Assembly: GCA_030141605.1 (NCBI GenBank)
Contig: JAQGDQ010000073.1
Location: 62,001 to 126,000 of the forward strand
Direction of reading: 5' to 3'
DNA: 64,000 nt
Origin: Tubiluchus corallicola
Taxonomy: Eukaryota; Animalia; Priapulida
Part shown: positions 12,911 through 27,245 of the stretch, one piece after another
Layout: each line of letters starts with the position of its first letter
Numbering within the stretch: the stretch's first letter is position 1
Program-made: the position numbers and the translations under genes
The notes under the pieces: generated by a model
Database searches by the model: none
What the model was told of the DNA's origin: nothing
The model's input: the letters and a program-made list of their open reading frames with translations, nothing else

Positions 12911-15900
12911 TCAGCGGGATCGTGCGAAACTGTGCGCAAATTTCAGAGTTTCAGCTAGCGCAGGCTGAAATAGCATCATTGATTTAATAACAAGACAGTA
13001 AAACGCTAAAAACAAATCGTAAAGTTGGGATAAAAGCTGGTTGGACAGCCGTGGCATGCAGCTAGCAGTCGCAGGTGCGAACACTTCAAATAATGAAACA
13101 GCTATACTGCTGTACCGCCTCATAACTCACGAGTGGAGTAGTATTTGGAAGAGAGTAGTCCATATTCAAGATTTTCATCTTGAAGAAGCCTGGAAGCTTA
13201 GGGAGAAAACTAATGAGGACCTAAACGCTGCAGTGCACAATCGAACGGCACCTGTCAAAAACCAAATAAAGCAGTAGCTTCACTAGCTTGTTTGCTCTGG
13301 TTCTTTTGTTGAAACGACTTTCACAAGCAACGAAGCAAATTAATTTTGAACACCCTTTTATGCCAGCACATTATAAGCATGGGCCAGGAGTCAGAGGAAA
13401 CGTATTCATCTAAATTAAAACTTGTATTCGCGTCTTGCAAGTTTTTAAAAAAACATTTCTAACTTTTAAATACAATGATGACAGGTTTCATGTTACACTT
13501 CACAACTATTGAAGTTGTCGTAACTCCTATTAGGTCAATAATAATTCCTTTAGAAGGGGAATACCATTACGAGAGTTATCATATCTTTCTATTGTACATT
13601 CGAGAAAAACACTGCATCAACAAATCTTAAAAAAAGGTGAGGTCATAGGTTAGACGCTAGCCAAACCTTTTCAACTGTCAGTTGACGAAAAATAATAAAT
13701 GCCACAGCATCACCATTTTTAAAATTGTCATTCTGTGTGGGTTTAATCCAACAGCTGTTCTTGTAGGATTAAAAAAAATCCAGGATTAAATTTACAAATT
13801 TTACAAACGTTATTTCCTGATTGCGCGATTGTGTCAGACGCAATCAGTCGTTTGCCAAAGGAATTTTACAACTGAATGAACTTTATTATTTGAACAGCGC
13901 AATTGTGTTCTAAAGTTTCCAAACAGCGCTTTAAAAAGCTAACTGAGTAACAGATTAAACAAAATCATTGGAAAGCAGTAATGCTTAGAGGCGGTTCTGC
14001 GGTCAGCAAATACAATCAAATTAAATATGAACAAAGTTTAAGAGCCTGTTTCATAACATCACATTGATATGGGCAAAAATTGCAGTGCGAGCAAAAGTTC
14101 AAACACTACTAAGTGATACAGGGCGTGTTGTATCAACCTGGTGATACTGTAATATCATGAAAATGCCACAAAGTTACTTAAGTACAAGAAAGAAACACGA
14201 TGTCGTTACGCAATTCGTGAATTCAATTTTGAAGAATGCCATTATCAACATAAGAAATATCATGTAAGGTCCCAATACGCCATGTTAAAAAGAAGAAAAG
14301 ACAGTTTGACGCGGAAACAAGTCTGCAAGTCTTGGAATAAGGATACCCAAAACATTAACCTAACTAAAATATGTGGGAAACAAAACTAACATACTAGATT
14401 AGTCAATATACATTAAAATAATACATATAGAAATCATGGTAGCAAGGATAAGAAATCATCCAATGTATAATGCGAACTCGAGTTCATACGCAGTGGTCAA
14501 AAGTTCATATCGAAATATTGAAAGCAGTTTGTTAAAATTCAGTGCATTACCATGTCTCCAAGGAGATGAAATTTGGCATTTAATACTGGCTATAAAAACC
14601 AAATGTTCCAATTCATTTTAAGTACAGAATGTAAGAGCTTTGTGAACTTGTAGGAGGGTCTGTCAACTATGCATCCGGTGACATAAATGATGTAACAGAC
14701 CTGCAGGTATAAAACTTCAACAAGGAAAAAGTAAAAAACTTGTTTGGCTAAATTATAAAGGTTGTTAAGTAATTAAGTGGGTGGCAACACAATTTAATGT
14801 AGCCACTTCATATAGAGAGTGAATACCTGATGTTAGGATCAGCCTAGCCAGCCCCAGGGTAGGGCACATAAATATTAATGAATAACATTTATACTATGCT
14901 AGTTATGTGTAAAAATAAAATGAATTAAAGAACCTCAATTTAATAAAGAACTAGTTTCTAAAGTTAAATAGCAGTAGTTACAATGAGTACTAGTACAGGT
15001 GATTTCAGGCTAATTTCCATAGCTCCTAGTATTCCTAGTATTCCATAGATTCCTAGTATTGTATACGTGGTACACTAGGAATCGGGGCAGTGTTGCTTTT
15101 CTATCAATGCAAATATTACTTTTAGCATCTAATACAAATTAGTATCTAATGTTTGAAAAAATAATACTACAGTAATACCTTCAAGTAATAACCACAATAA
15201 TTACCTGTATAACAGGTGCAGTGTGTTCATTAAAGCACAACAGAGTCTTTTTTCAGTTTCACGTATGTTTAAAAAGAATTTTTTCGTAGTCAAAACTTGA
15301 ATTAGTTGTACTCTACCACGGCAAGATATTGCAAATTCCAAGTGAAATATAAGACCAGTATTTCAGCACATGGGAGTCATGGAAGCAACAGAGAGTTACT
15401 TTCAACTTGGAAGTAGCTAAACAGCTGCAGTTCATAATAAGAATATAACTCACAAAAATGCAAGCAATTTTCACGGCTGCATTTATTAAAACAAGCTGCA
15501 GGATTATTGAGTTTTAATATTTTATTGGAGGGTAGCTGATCGTGAAGAAAAGTGTGAAAGCAGAGATGAAGCTAAGAAATGTTCATGTGGAGAACACCTG
15601 TTGAAAAAAATCACAGGCAAAGCATTCAGAGTTCACAGCACTACTGCAAGCCTACTGCCAATGGCATACATCTGCATGGAGGTCTTTAAAGTAACAGTAC
15701 ATGTTCACTTTGAAATTGACCTTGAACTTGAGTTTAAATCTGATTACATGTATCTGAGGATTCAGTTAATGTAGAAAAACAAAGAATTACACATGTAAGA
15801 AACTGAGGAAGAGGATTAATAAGCACTTCTTCATCTAGAAATGCCAGCATGCAGTACTATATGAAAAAGCTGTCAATGTTTAGAACTAATGACAAAGATC

Positions 15901-18900
15901 CTTAGAACATAAATGAAACTCAATGTAGCCAGCATGTTCAGCAAAGGTGGCAGCGTCATATGTTGGGTCGTCTGTTATGTGGGTCTGTCCGTTTGTTTTT
16001 GTGAGTAACTTGACAAAGAGGCAACTCACTTTTTCTTAGTTGGTCTTACTAATGAGGTTAAGGGCTGAAAAGTAAGCAACATAAACTAAATTTTCATGTT
16101 CCTCTGGAAGAATCTTTTTTGTTTGTCTATTGTTGTTTTTGTCTATGTTACAAACTATTGTGTCACTGAATTGCTATTTTGTTAAAGTAGGTGTTACCCC
16201 ACAGATGCTGTAAAATGCACTTGGTAGGTGCATGGTACTTGGTAAAACGATAGGAAAACATCCAGCTTTTATCAAGAACACTTTTAAAGCAAATGCCATG
16301 CAGCTAGATAAACTCGAGGAGAATGTTTTGACTCGGTATCACACGATCCCAGAAATATTGAGCTCCCTTAAAATAGACTTAGTTTTAAATTTATGTTGAA
16401 CACATTGACACAAAATAATATTTTAAAGTTATTTACGTTTTACTCGCACTTGTGCTTTCAAGGATTTCACAGATGACACCAGAATTTCGAAGGACACAAA
16501 ACCTGAGTTGTTATTAACTACTAATAGAAATACAGAGTCGAGGAACAAGTTAAAGAAGCAATTTATAAAAGCCACTGATAATTCTGTCCAAACCTAATTC
16601 AATAAAAGCAATGGAGCATTTTGCAGGTAACTAATGTTCGAAAACTATTGCATAAGTACACACCATCGTCCAACTTTCAAACAAAATTAATATGAAACAG
16701 TTTTTAACACGCAAGGCTGAGAATAACATGGGAAAAATGGTGTAAACTTTTGTTGGCTTGCACTTAGAATAAACTGGTTGACCTAGCGATGACTTACAAT
16801 TTTCATAGTTTGGCATTGCTTCATTCTTTTTTCTGTTTGAGTTTCTTGATTTAAATTCAATTTTTTTGTTTTGTTTGCTAATTTAAATTCTATTTCCTCA
16901 TTTGCCATATTTATTTACTGCTTCCCATTTTTAATTTTAACTCATTTGAACTTACTATCTCAATTTTTGCCAAGTTGTTATTTATTTGTGTATACCCACT
17001 AGACAGTAGACAGGTCATTTAATTTTCTTTAAATTTGGATAGGGGTAGCTGAAATTGGTGACCGTTGATCTTTTCGCCACCCTATCTCTTTCCACCTTTA
17101 CTATAGATTATTGCTTTTGTTTATTTTCATTTTGTAACAATTTTGAGACAAATAAATTACTTCCTTACTTATTTCACATGGAAGCCTTTCCTATCTATTC
17201 AAGGCAGCACTGTTGTAAAATTTATGGCTGAAGGTAGACTTGCTAAATCTTGTTCAAACTGCATACTATGGAAGTAGGGGCACAAGATCATCAATAGTCA
17301 GTAAGGATGTATGCAGCGGCTGTTCAAGAATCCTGGCATGTGACAGGATTCACTAAATGTACTGTTCTACTCTTTGCTTAGGTAAACCAAGCTGCATCAA
17401 GTGGAAGAGATTCACCTGTAATTGTTGGTGATCAAGATACTTTTACAGGAAGCTTCCAGCTCTGCATTTGAGTGCAGGAACTAAAGCTGCATTATTAGAG
17501 GCAGTTTCATTAATCCAACGGCTCTAATACTGGACAGAATGCATCATGCGTAAAGAGGTTTATATTTGCTATATTTGACAGCAAACTATTGGTCATTTGT
17601 TATATATCAAATTACACGCATTTTTTTGTGCTAAAAACTGTAGAATTTCTGTAGAACCAGGTAACTACAAATACTGTAGTTAAAAATGTCAATGTGCTGA
17701 ACATTTGGTTGTCGTATCTTTTCAATGTAAAAATAGTTATTGGTGAAAACAGATAATGCTACAGCGTAGTTGATATTAATCTGATTGTTAAAGAAGCATC
17801 TAAATGCATGTAAGAATAGTACAAGAATTTTAATATTTATATACATAATTCAAGAAGTTGTTTTTGATTGATAAACCCCTGTTCTATGACTTTTCATGAA
17901 GTTGTTAGCCCATTGAGTACAATTACTTATCAACTACCAAAAATTCAAGTCATTACGCGATGCTACCGCCGCTGCTATTTTTTGATTACGTAAATGATGT
18001 CGTATTTTCAACGCGCTTGAGTATTTCTACGAACTTCTGCAATTATACCATTATGTGGCCTATTACTAGTGCACCATATATGGTGCCATAATGAAACTAA
18101 TTGGCATAGCAGCTCAGCTTAATCATTCCAGCCTGCGATATTTCTACCACTGCATTTAGAATTTATATTTTTAGTTTGGGGTATAAGGCATTTTGCTGTT
18201 CACATCTAAATAAGCATTAATTATTCTTTCGCAATATTTGTTGATGATAGTCTACAGTCACATTCCAATGTACTGTTACAGTATGCTATTCAATTGATAT
18301 TTTCCTGGGGAATGCTGGCAAGTTTTATGTCGAGCATACCGTGATATTTATGTACGTGATTTTGATTTGCTCTTGACCAAGCGGGTCGTGGATAAAAGTG
18401 CCTGGCACTGATATCATTTAATAACATGTTCAGTTTAAGGGTTAATGAGATTGGTCGTCAATATTGTCAAGTACATTGTAATTCGATACATAGTTCACCA
18501 AATTCTTGGAAATAATGAAGTGATCTAGCATTGAAAATGTGTTAAAACCCTTGTTTTCACATGTAAAGTCCATATTTGTTCATCTAGTGTCAAGTGCAAA
18601 TGTCACACCTGCACTGCTTACGAACTCTTTTAGTTTCCTTACTTGGGCAGTATTTCGCTTTAGGTCGCAATTAAATTGCATGCTAGTATTAGGCCGGCCA
18701 CGAAAATAATTGTGTCTTGTCTTACCTCATGAGCTCAAAAGATGTCAGTAGGGAGGGAGGAAAATTTTTTCAAAAAAAAAATTTTTAAAGCTGTGAATGT
18801 TTAAAGCTGAATCGTGGAAAATTTAACATCAAGTGAAATCAAAGTTTGTTTATTTCCCACTGGTTAGCAGTAATGTTTTAAATTTTTTCAATGCACATTT

Positions 18901-19189
18901 TTAACGCTTTGTTCTTACTTTTGCATTACTAAATTATCGTATAATTATCAATTATCGTATAGTCTCTTTTTTGTATCATGAACACATGTTCTGAAAATTA
19001 TGGTTTAAGCAGCAACACTACTCGGTCATTAATACACTGCTTTGGCAGAAAATTCGATACTTTTTAGTCTCCAGTACAAAGAACATCATACAAAACGGCA
19101 GACCTGGCCGTGAGTTGTCAGAGATTCTAAGTGCAATTGCACTGGTTCTGTTAGATTCACATCTAATTGGAGTAATGCACTTACTTAAA

Positions 19190-19760
19190 TGTTTCCTCTG
19201 TACCTCCATAGGGTCTTCCTTCTAACACTTGTGTATCGTTCACACTGCTTGAACCACAGTGCTCATAATCGTTGCTTTGCAAATTCAAGCCTGCTAGCTG
19301 AGACATGTGCAACCAATGTTCTTGCACAAGGCATATGTCACATTTTTGTATATTAAAGCAGAAGTTGTCCATTGTGGGATAGACCTGCGCAGTTATAAGA
19401 CATGAATTTTAGTTTCGTTTGCCTGTTTCCTGAAGCCATTGTTCTTAGATTTGTTTCATCCGTCGCAAATCTAGTTTTCATGGGCAACCAATACCACTTG
19501 CAACCAATAACTTCCGGCCAAAAATCTGGCTTATATACCAATTCTTTTTGTTCTGGTGGGACTGCGATCTGGTAGGCATTACTGCTACTTTCAACTTCCT
19601 CTATCCTTTCATGTCTATAATGCCTTGTGATTCAATGTCCTCCTTGATTTCTTCTGATAAATAACTGTCAGCTACATTAAAAATCTTTAGATGAGCTCGT
19701 CGTGTCAGTCCTTTTTTTAGTCGACGAGTCCTTCTTACTGCCTTAGACGGCTGGTGATTT
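19190..19760 (-). mobile_element. Degenerate non-LTR retrotransposon (CR1/L2-like), ORF1 end plus start of AP endonuclease
   Basis: ORF1-type KPDFWPEVIGCKWY, then FMSYNCAGL...(frameshift)DICLVQEHWL...GRPYGG, the N-terminal motifs of LINE APE domains. Confidence 0.8.
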
Positions 19761-20539
19761 GTCTCTCTTTATGAGTTTATTTTGATATTGTTCACTAGAA
19801 TTGTTGCCCTTGGCCTTGTTATACTTCATTTACTACTTCCGGGATAGGGAAAGTTAGCAACTGCGTTGCTATAAGGTAATTGGAATGTGTGCGGTGTTTT
19901 GTTGTTAGTCGAACAATGCTCGTCAGACACTACCATAATTTGTAAAATAATTCGATATCATTAACGTGACTGTAGTGATCAATTTTAAAAATATTTTTAC
20001 GATGTGTGCTTTTTATGTATTGAATTTACACTTTTATATCACACAATAAATGCATTAACTATTATTAATAATTATATTATGGACATATACTAGTATACAT
20101 ACCTTGGTTTTCTTGAATTGATACTTTCAAACTCGCCCGCAGACTAGAAGTTTCCAGGTAAAGAGTTGGAAAGTGAATTACCTTTGACTTGGCCTAAGAA
20201 TCTGTCATTTTTTCCTCTTGTTAGAATAAATCCGCGTATTTTTTCTCTTGTTAAAATAAACCGGCGTTTGTTTGTTAAAATCACAGATGGAATACCAGAA
20301 ATCTTTGTTCCTGAATAAGTCAACCAGCCGTTCTGTCACATTTGAGCCTCAAGCCAACGATCGATTAATGGTAATGCGACGCCCACTGCACTGAGTTTTT
20401 TTTAGATTTGATTAGATTAGTTATCCAGTCCAAAAATACAATAATTATACAATTTACATGAATAACACCATTACAATTAAAGATAACTAGCCAATGTTAG
20501 AGGAAGGGAGAAAGCTACCAGGCATGAATGCACTTACGG

Positions 20540-21300
20540 TGAACCACATTCAGTTAAATTTACAAAAAGCGTCAAAATCAAATGTGTTTGTTGAAAGAAA
20601 AAGAACCTAAATTGTTGTTTTATTAACAATTTCTGAGCATGAACTATTCCACATATCAACCACCCTGTTTGCAAAAAAGTACAGTATTTAAAAACATCAA
20701 TGCGAAAATAAAACCGAGGCTAGGTGCATATGTGAAAAAATTGTTAAAACTTTAATCTATAAGGTCATGACAAATTTTGAACACCATTTTCACATCAAAA
20801 ACAAAACATCTGGTTTTAAAAATCTGCAGCTTAAAAAATCAAGCCTGTCGACATAATTAACATAAGGTAACCCACATTTCGCATGTAACTGCCTGTACAC
20901 GCTTGATTTTTTCATTATGAGGATTCCACACAAGGGTGCAGTACTCCAGCAAAGGTCAAACCAATGACTTACGCGATGTTACAAGAGCGTCAATGTTTTT
21001 GTAACTAAACAATGAAATACCTTAATTTTTTAATTGCTACTTTAAAAGCTTTAGCAACCTATTTAGAACAAATTGAAAATTTTACGACTGAACACATGGT
21101 AACACCCAGGTCTCTACAGTTAGTATTCACTGGTAAAGGCGTGTTGTTTAAAACATGCTGAAAATGAGGATTACTGCATCCTATGTGAATGAGGTCACGC
21201 TTAAGAACTACAATATGGTGAGTTGCTGTGTGTTAGCCCATTCCGTAAGAATTTCTAAAGCTCGACTAAGACTTGGATTACTATCAGTTCTAAATTCTTC
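20540..21300 (-). mobile_element. Degenerate CR1-clade LINE, 3' end of RT ORF
   Basis: Minus-strand motifs CRDLGV, RPLLEYCTLVWNPH, IKRVQ and FFANRVVDMWNS in the expected order, with frameshifts. Confidence 0.8.
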
Positions 21301-22245
21301 TAATGAATAGTTTAATAAATCACATAATAACGTTAAACATTTAAGCAAGTAAGATCAACAATAAAACCTTGTTTATTTAGTTAGCTACAGTAGGAAATAT
21401 CAGTCTCCCGCAGACCAGAGTACCATTTAGAAGAAACGGAAAAAATTTATTGTACTACAAAATGATGTGCACACTGGTAAATTATTAGAACTTCATCAGG
21501 GAATGGAATACCCAAGTGGTCATAGGATGTCAATTCCCGGGAAATTAGGTGGCACCAAGTGGCAAATGGATGACCCATAACACTAGGAATAGTCCTTCAA
21601 GTTGGTTTCATCTACATTAGATTACTATACCTGGCTATTTCTTGTTGAAAAAAATGCACACCACAACTTGACAAAGACAGTTCGTGCCAAATCACATAGG
21701 ATTGGCTTTGGTAACAGACTAGGTTTAATTCCAGCATAACCACTCAACATTAGTAATAGGCACTGCCAAAAGTGTTGCATTCTAGTTTGTAATGTGCCAA
21801 AAAAAACTACCTGTAGTCTTTATAATTTTTAAGTCACAATAAAATTTATAAATTAAAAATAAGTATATTGTAAAGCAACAGACCTCAATAATTAATAGAT
21901 AATTCTTTAATAAAGTTAGTGAGTAAACAATACAAACAAAAATAAATTTTACTCAAATTACATTTTGGTATTGAAATGGACTGAGCTGACTTCGAATGTT
22001 AACCTGGAGATTTCACTTATTAATTTATTTGAAAATGGCAAACTGAAATTAGTGTTAACTTTCATTAATGACATGATCCAGAACGACATGATTTTAAATA
22101 AATTTTCAATGCACTTCAGCAGCTTCATTGTTCTTTGATTCATCCATCTAGTATGATGATGATCGACTGAAGGCAGCGGGAAGACCAGCAAGTGGACAAT
22201 ACCTATTTTTCGACTAAAAGCTAGACACCAGATTTCAACAATTGT

Positions 22246-23233
22246 TTAATCATTTTTACTGAAATATAAATTACGTGATTGTCTATTAGTCTGAGTGCAG
22301 CTCCATCTGTGCAAAATCTCATTTACAGGTAGTCCTTCCATCATGTCAATGTTTTTATATTGCACAAACTCTGCTAGCATTGCTGGCATAATAGCACAGA
22401 GTTCATTGCGAAACTTCCACGGTTGAACTATCAGCTCAGAAGGCACACATCGGCGAATTCGAACACGGCAAAGATGAAGGAGCGATCGAGGATTTATTTC
22501 CAATGTTTGCAGAGCTTCCTTTATTTCTGCTGTAAACCTGGCAAAATGAAAGTATCGTGCAAGTTTTTTCAGCCAAGACTGCACACAATAATGACTGGCA
22601 AGGCACAATGATATACCCGTTTCAGATACGTTGAATATGGTGTGTGGATAAATCAACTGATCTGACACAACATCCTTTACTATTTCGAGCTCTGTTGCTG
22701 TTGGTTCCACAGGATCCACGGTATCCATTCCGTATTTCATTAAAAGATCCACTTTCAATGGATTCAACAAAGACACTAGTAGAAACACCACAGCATAGTT
22801 CACATCAGCTGTTTTTGGCATGATATTTGCTCCAGATAAAATCAGTTCTTCCAGAAAGTCACTGGGAAGCGAATAATTACCTAAAGCAAATAATAATGGA
22901 GGCCAAAAGTCGAGTCTCAAAGAATTAAGGCATGAACCACATCTAATAAATAAACGCAACAAATCAAGTCGCCTTTCCACATCTCCTTGGTTTGTATAGA
23001 ACTCCAACGCTTCACTAAATGGCGTAGTAAGCTTATTTAAAGTGGAAATTCTCTGGAGATAAATTAGCGGAAAACCCCCAAAGTCATCTGGATGTAAATG
23101 CTCACACAGAAGTAATGTTTCAAGACACGTGAGTCTGTCAGAACTAATTGCCATCCGAAATGGTTCTAAACACTTTTCTCGGGCATGTGGAAATGAGCTG
23201 TGTGACACATAAGGTAGTAGCAGTTCCACACAT
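22246..23233 (-). CDS. ASB3: Ankyrin repeat and SOCS box protein 3-like, coding exon 6 (SOCS box)
   Basis: Acceptor aaacag|A TGT GTG (phase 2); degenerate ankyrin repeats; SOCS box PRSLLHLCRVRIRRCV; stop at 22246. Confidence 0.85.
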
Positions 23234-23525
23234 CTGTTTAATCAAAGTAAAATCATTTAGTTGGATCAATGAGCAAATTCTATCACTGAGAAAACAAGTG
23301 AGTATACATTTTCAATCTGTAACTACAACTTTCCAATCTCATCAACTCAACAAAGCATTATCCCAGCAAAATTGTTTACATAAATAACTGGTACATAAAT
23401 ACTACACACCTACCAGCAATTAAATTGATGGAAAACCTGTGACTCAATTCATTCAACAGCCGCAGACAACTAGCAATGTACGTTCACTGTTTTGTTACTT
23501 GTCTATTCTCACTTACTAAATATAA

Positions 23526-23559
<34 letters not shown>

Positions 23560-23574
23560 ATATAATTTTCTTAA

Positions 23575-24589
23575 CCAGAGCATCACTGTATGACTTTCAT
23601 GTTTGACACTTTGAGGATTCTGACGTTTGATACCAGATCATTCTTTTTGGCCAAATTTGGTTCACAAGTTATGAACCTCTCACAAAGGTATGCAAAGAGC
23701 AATTCCTCAATGATCTCTCCTGCCAAAACAAGGACAAATGGTTTTTACATCCAAATTTAGTGCAGCAATTTGACATTTTGGGGCCACATTTGACAATTTT
23801 ACATTTGTTCCATGTCATTGAATGCTATTGTCAAAATTTCTTCCCCATCGTCTATTCATCTAGCACCAACACATGACATTTTGCGGGACAATCCTGCCTT
23901 TGTAACACCATAGTTTAAATTGTTAGAATCCTAGATCCTCCTTCTATGGGGGTCGAGGAGGCGCTAAAATATTTTAATCATAGCTGGGATGTCAATAAGT
24001 GACAAATAACTGGAGTTCCTGGCATTGAGTTGACTCAAGATTCTTCCACTATGCCCACCATCCATGATCCTCCCTCCCTCCGCTTTGATGGGAGAGTCAC
24101 TGCAGGCTGTTACCCATCGCCCAATTATCTACACTTGACATTTGCAGGACAAACCCTGCCTTTATCACACTATAGTTGCAAATGTCCCGAGTCCTACATC
24201 TACAACCCCCCCATTTAGGCAAAAGTATTTTTGTTAATGTAGGATTGTCAATTCGTCGCATTGGATTGTCGGACTCTCGCACTTATCCTGGATCCTCCCT
24301 CACTCCCTGGGGGGGGAGGAAATAAGATTCTTACTGCCTATATTGGTTATCAGTAAGTGACAGGCTTACTGATAACCAATATAGGCAGTAAGAATCTAGT
24401 CTCTCGCATTAAGCTGACTCAGGTCCTTCCACCATGTGCACCATTGTTGTGTAGCTGTTGAGGTTTCTAACTGTTTATTCCTATTCTGGATCCGCCCTGG
24501 GAATGACCTTTGACTTTGACCATTATTTTGTCCCAAAGCTACACACAACAAAAATCTCAAGATTACTCCAAGTGATTCAGGTATAATTA
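23575..24589. repeat. Intronic interspersed repeat with two diverged internal units (Helentron/HINE-like)
   Basis: Units starting near 23845 and 24114 share CCATCG...TGACATTT..GGACAA.CCTGCCTTT...GATCCTCC...TAAGTGACA...GACTCA..CTTCCAC.ATG..CACCAT; TGACCTTTGACTTTGACC at ~24504. Confidence 0.5.
24325..24397. repeat. Perfect 33-bp inverted repeat with 7-nt loop
   Basis: AGATTCTTACTGCCTATATTGGTTATCAGTAAG - TGACAGG - CTTACTGATAACCAATATAGGCAGTAAGAATCT. Confidence 0.95.
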
Positions 24590-24969
24590 CACTAGGTGCT
24601 GTTTATTATACTCATGGTTAATAGACTCAGTCGCTTAATTAACTCAAAAAATACCTAGAACGGGCTGCTCCTATTCAAATGCATATAAAAAGTGTTTGTA
24701 ATTGACTCAGATAACTCCGCATAATTGACTCAATATTTTTACTTCACACACTTAAAATAAGATACTTGTGTGTAACATGAGCTTTTACTGCTTTTGTGTC
24801 ATCGATGTTGCTTTTGTGTCATCTTTACATCGATTTTGTGCATTATAAAATACTTAGAAACAGTCATGTTAGATACAGCTGTAACATACTAAACCCTTCG
24901 ATCAACTGACTCAGTCGGTTAATTGGGTCAAAACACTCCCATACTGAGTCTATTAAGCGGTGCCTAGTG
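24590..24969. mobile_element. Non-autonomous CACTA/CMC-type DNA transposon (MITE)
   Basis: TA|CACTAGG...CCTAGTG|TA termini; subterminal inverted TTAATAGACTCAGT / ACTGAGTCTATTAA; repeated GACTCA motifs. Confidence 0.6.
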
Positions 24970-25488
24970 TACCTTATAATCAAATTCTATAACAGATTAG
25001 GCATGTAAAAGATATTGCCAAGTTCATAATTACTGAAATTTGGGATAAGTATATATTAATGACTTACGTAAGTGAGACTGTGGGCATCTTAATAGATAGA
25101 CTTACTATGAAGTTGCGTCAACTACGTTAACGAAGTTCTTGAAGTATAAACCGACTTACTTCCTAAACTGTTCTTACTCCTTAAGCCTATGGTTCTTCAA
25201 AGAAATGCGATTTCTTCAAGCCATGCATTTATAGATATTTAAGTTAATTAAGCTAACAAAATTCTGCACCAGTTGCTGCAGGATAGGCCACACACACATT
25301 TCGATTTCACAAACGGGCGGTCTTCTCACTAACGTTTGGGTTTTATCAAACCAAACAAACTTCTGCAACTAAAAACAGAAACAAGAAGCAAAATTATGAC
25401 GACGACAACAGCAATAAAAACAACAAGAACAACCTGGTTCCAATGACCAAAATGAAACAGATAATATAAAAACAAAACCTGTACTGAC

Positions 25489-25558
25489 CTTACATGATTA
25501 TGCTCAATTGCATTTAACAAAGGTGTTCCATCAGCTAATTCCTCACTTGGCAGATATT
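25489..25558 (-). CDS. ASB3: ASB3-like exon 5
   Basis: ttttcag|AA TAT...GTPLLNAIEHNHV AG|gtcagt; joins exon 6 to give NHVRCVELLL. Confidence 0.7.
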
Positions 25559-26067
25559 CTGAAAATAACAGATATTCTATGAATATTAAAAACATATAAT
25601 GGCAATAAACGTGATTATGGTTACTTCCTAGAAACTTATTAATAAGCTTGAATAAACAAAATAGGTTAAAGCTATGAATTGTAAAAAAGCTTCAAATTGT
25701 TACTGTCAAATTTTCCTATAACGGTGTTAAAAGCCCGCTTTACGCACCAGCAATAAAAGCATATATTTTATGTGAAAACAATAATAAGAAAATCTACAAC
25801 AGAATCAAGAGTATGTTAGAGCATTTGTTATGTACAAAATGAACTAAAGATTATATCCCAGCATTACGATATTTAACACTCAGAAATTCTCAAGTAACCT
25901 CCACAGTGTAAAAATCTAATAACCTTAGTGGAATCTTATCAAAATATAATAATCCAAGAAATGCTTTCAAAGTAAGTACAAGCAAAGTCAATTAAAGCAT
26001 GTATAATATACCTACATATTAATAAAAACCATCAGAAAATTAATGTAGATATAAACAATTATGAGAG

Positions 26068-26150
26068 ATGGGTACGTGACGTTTGGGTACGTGACGTTTG
26101 GGTACATGACATTTGGGCACGAGGACACTTGGGTATGAGACAATTGGGCA
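26068..26150. repeat. 15-bp minisatellite (TGGGTACGTGACGTT), about 5 decaying copies
   Basis: Directly visible tandem units. Confidence 0.8.
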
Positions 26151-26494
26151 TCAATAAAAATAAAACTGTGCCAGACTTTTTTAATTTTGCTCATTAAATT
26201 TTTAATGATTCACTGTTTTTCCAATTCTCACAATATTTTTAAGATAGCTTCACAATTAAACTTATTAAAACTGTATACAGAAACAATAAGAATTAAAAGT
26301 TCTTAAAACTAGTTAAATGATCTGCAGTTTCTGGTTTTCATTTTTAGTAATTTTTCATACATGTTACTTTGAACACAAACAAAGCCATGAACAAAGACAG
26401 CTTATAAGACTGTTCACAATGCCAGAACATACGACAATGTAAATTCAGCTAGGTGTGGGAAATAATTATATAGCATTCAAATAGTTTTAATTAC

Positions 26495-26608
26495 CTATAA
26501 GGAGTTCTATGCAATGAGAAAAACCCTCTTGCGCAGCTATAAACATAGCAGTGTCGCCATCTCTTGTCCTTTTAGATAACAACTGTGAGATATCATGTTG
26601 TGTCATAC
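26495..26608 (-). CDS. ASB3: ASB3-like exon 4
   Basis: tttag|GT ATG...DGDTAMFIAAQEGFSHCIELLI G|gtaatt; matches the ASB3-type LFIAAQEGH repeat. Confidence 0.85.
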
Positions 26609-27245
26609 CTAAATGAACAGAAACACTAAACCTTCTAATTGATGTAACCATTTTGTTAATGTTTCCTTCTGTTCTGAGAATTTCAGAAAAAAATATCGGT
26701 ACTTCCTTGTTTCCAAGTAAAACATGTCCAAATGTGAAGAGTAAAATTTCAACACACAAGTGCAAAATGTTGTACACCTTTAAATTGTTTGGTGTATATC
26801 TCACAAACAGCTAAAAAAAACTCCAGATAATCATTATGCTAGGAGGAGGTCAAATCTGGAGATGTAACAAAACCATAATCAAATATTACACAGGATATCA
26901 TTATCCACAATTTTTTGACTGATAAACCTACTCCATAATTTTCTGACTGATAAACTTACTTTTTATCTTTTAAATGCACGAATTCGCAAATCCATCTTGG
27001 CATACTAGCTTTACTTGAAATTTCTCATAAAATTTGACACTTTGTAAAAAGGTGGTAAACATGTATGCAATAGCGGGTGTTTTAACAGATGATGCGAGAA
27101 AAAATAGTGCCGCCTTAATCAAACCAAGAAAACTGTTTCGTGACTGCTTTGATGAAAAACAGCACAAGTCTAGCTTCATAATTACTAATTATTTTACATC
27201 TAAATTATAAACAAGACATATACATATTAGTATATTGCAGAGTAC

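Noticed and set aside
14100-17600. Gene or transposon ORF remnants (for example LQGD at ~14556)
   Set aside because: Too decayed to assign a family or boundaries by eye.
19190-21300. One intact LINE spanning the EN and RT fragments
   Set aside because: On the minus strand the RT 3' end precedes the ORF1/EN piece, so these are separate decayed insertions.
25255-25370. Extra ASB3 exon
   Set aside because: Not needed: the AG|GTCAGT donor at 25489 joins exon 6 in frame and completes the ankyrin repeat. No frame here is convincingly ankyrin-like.
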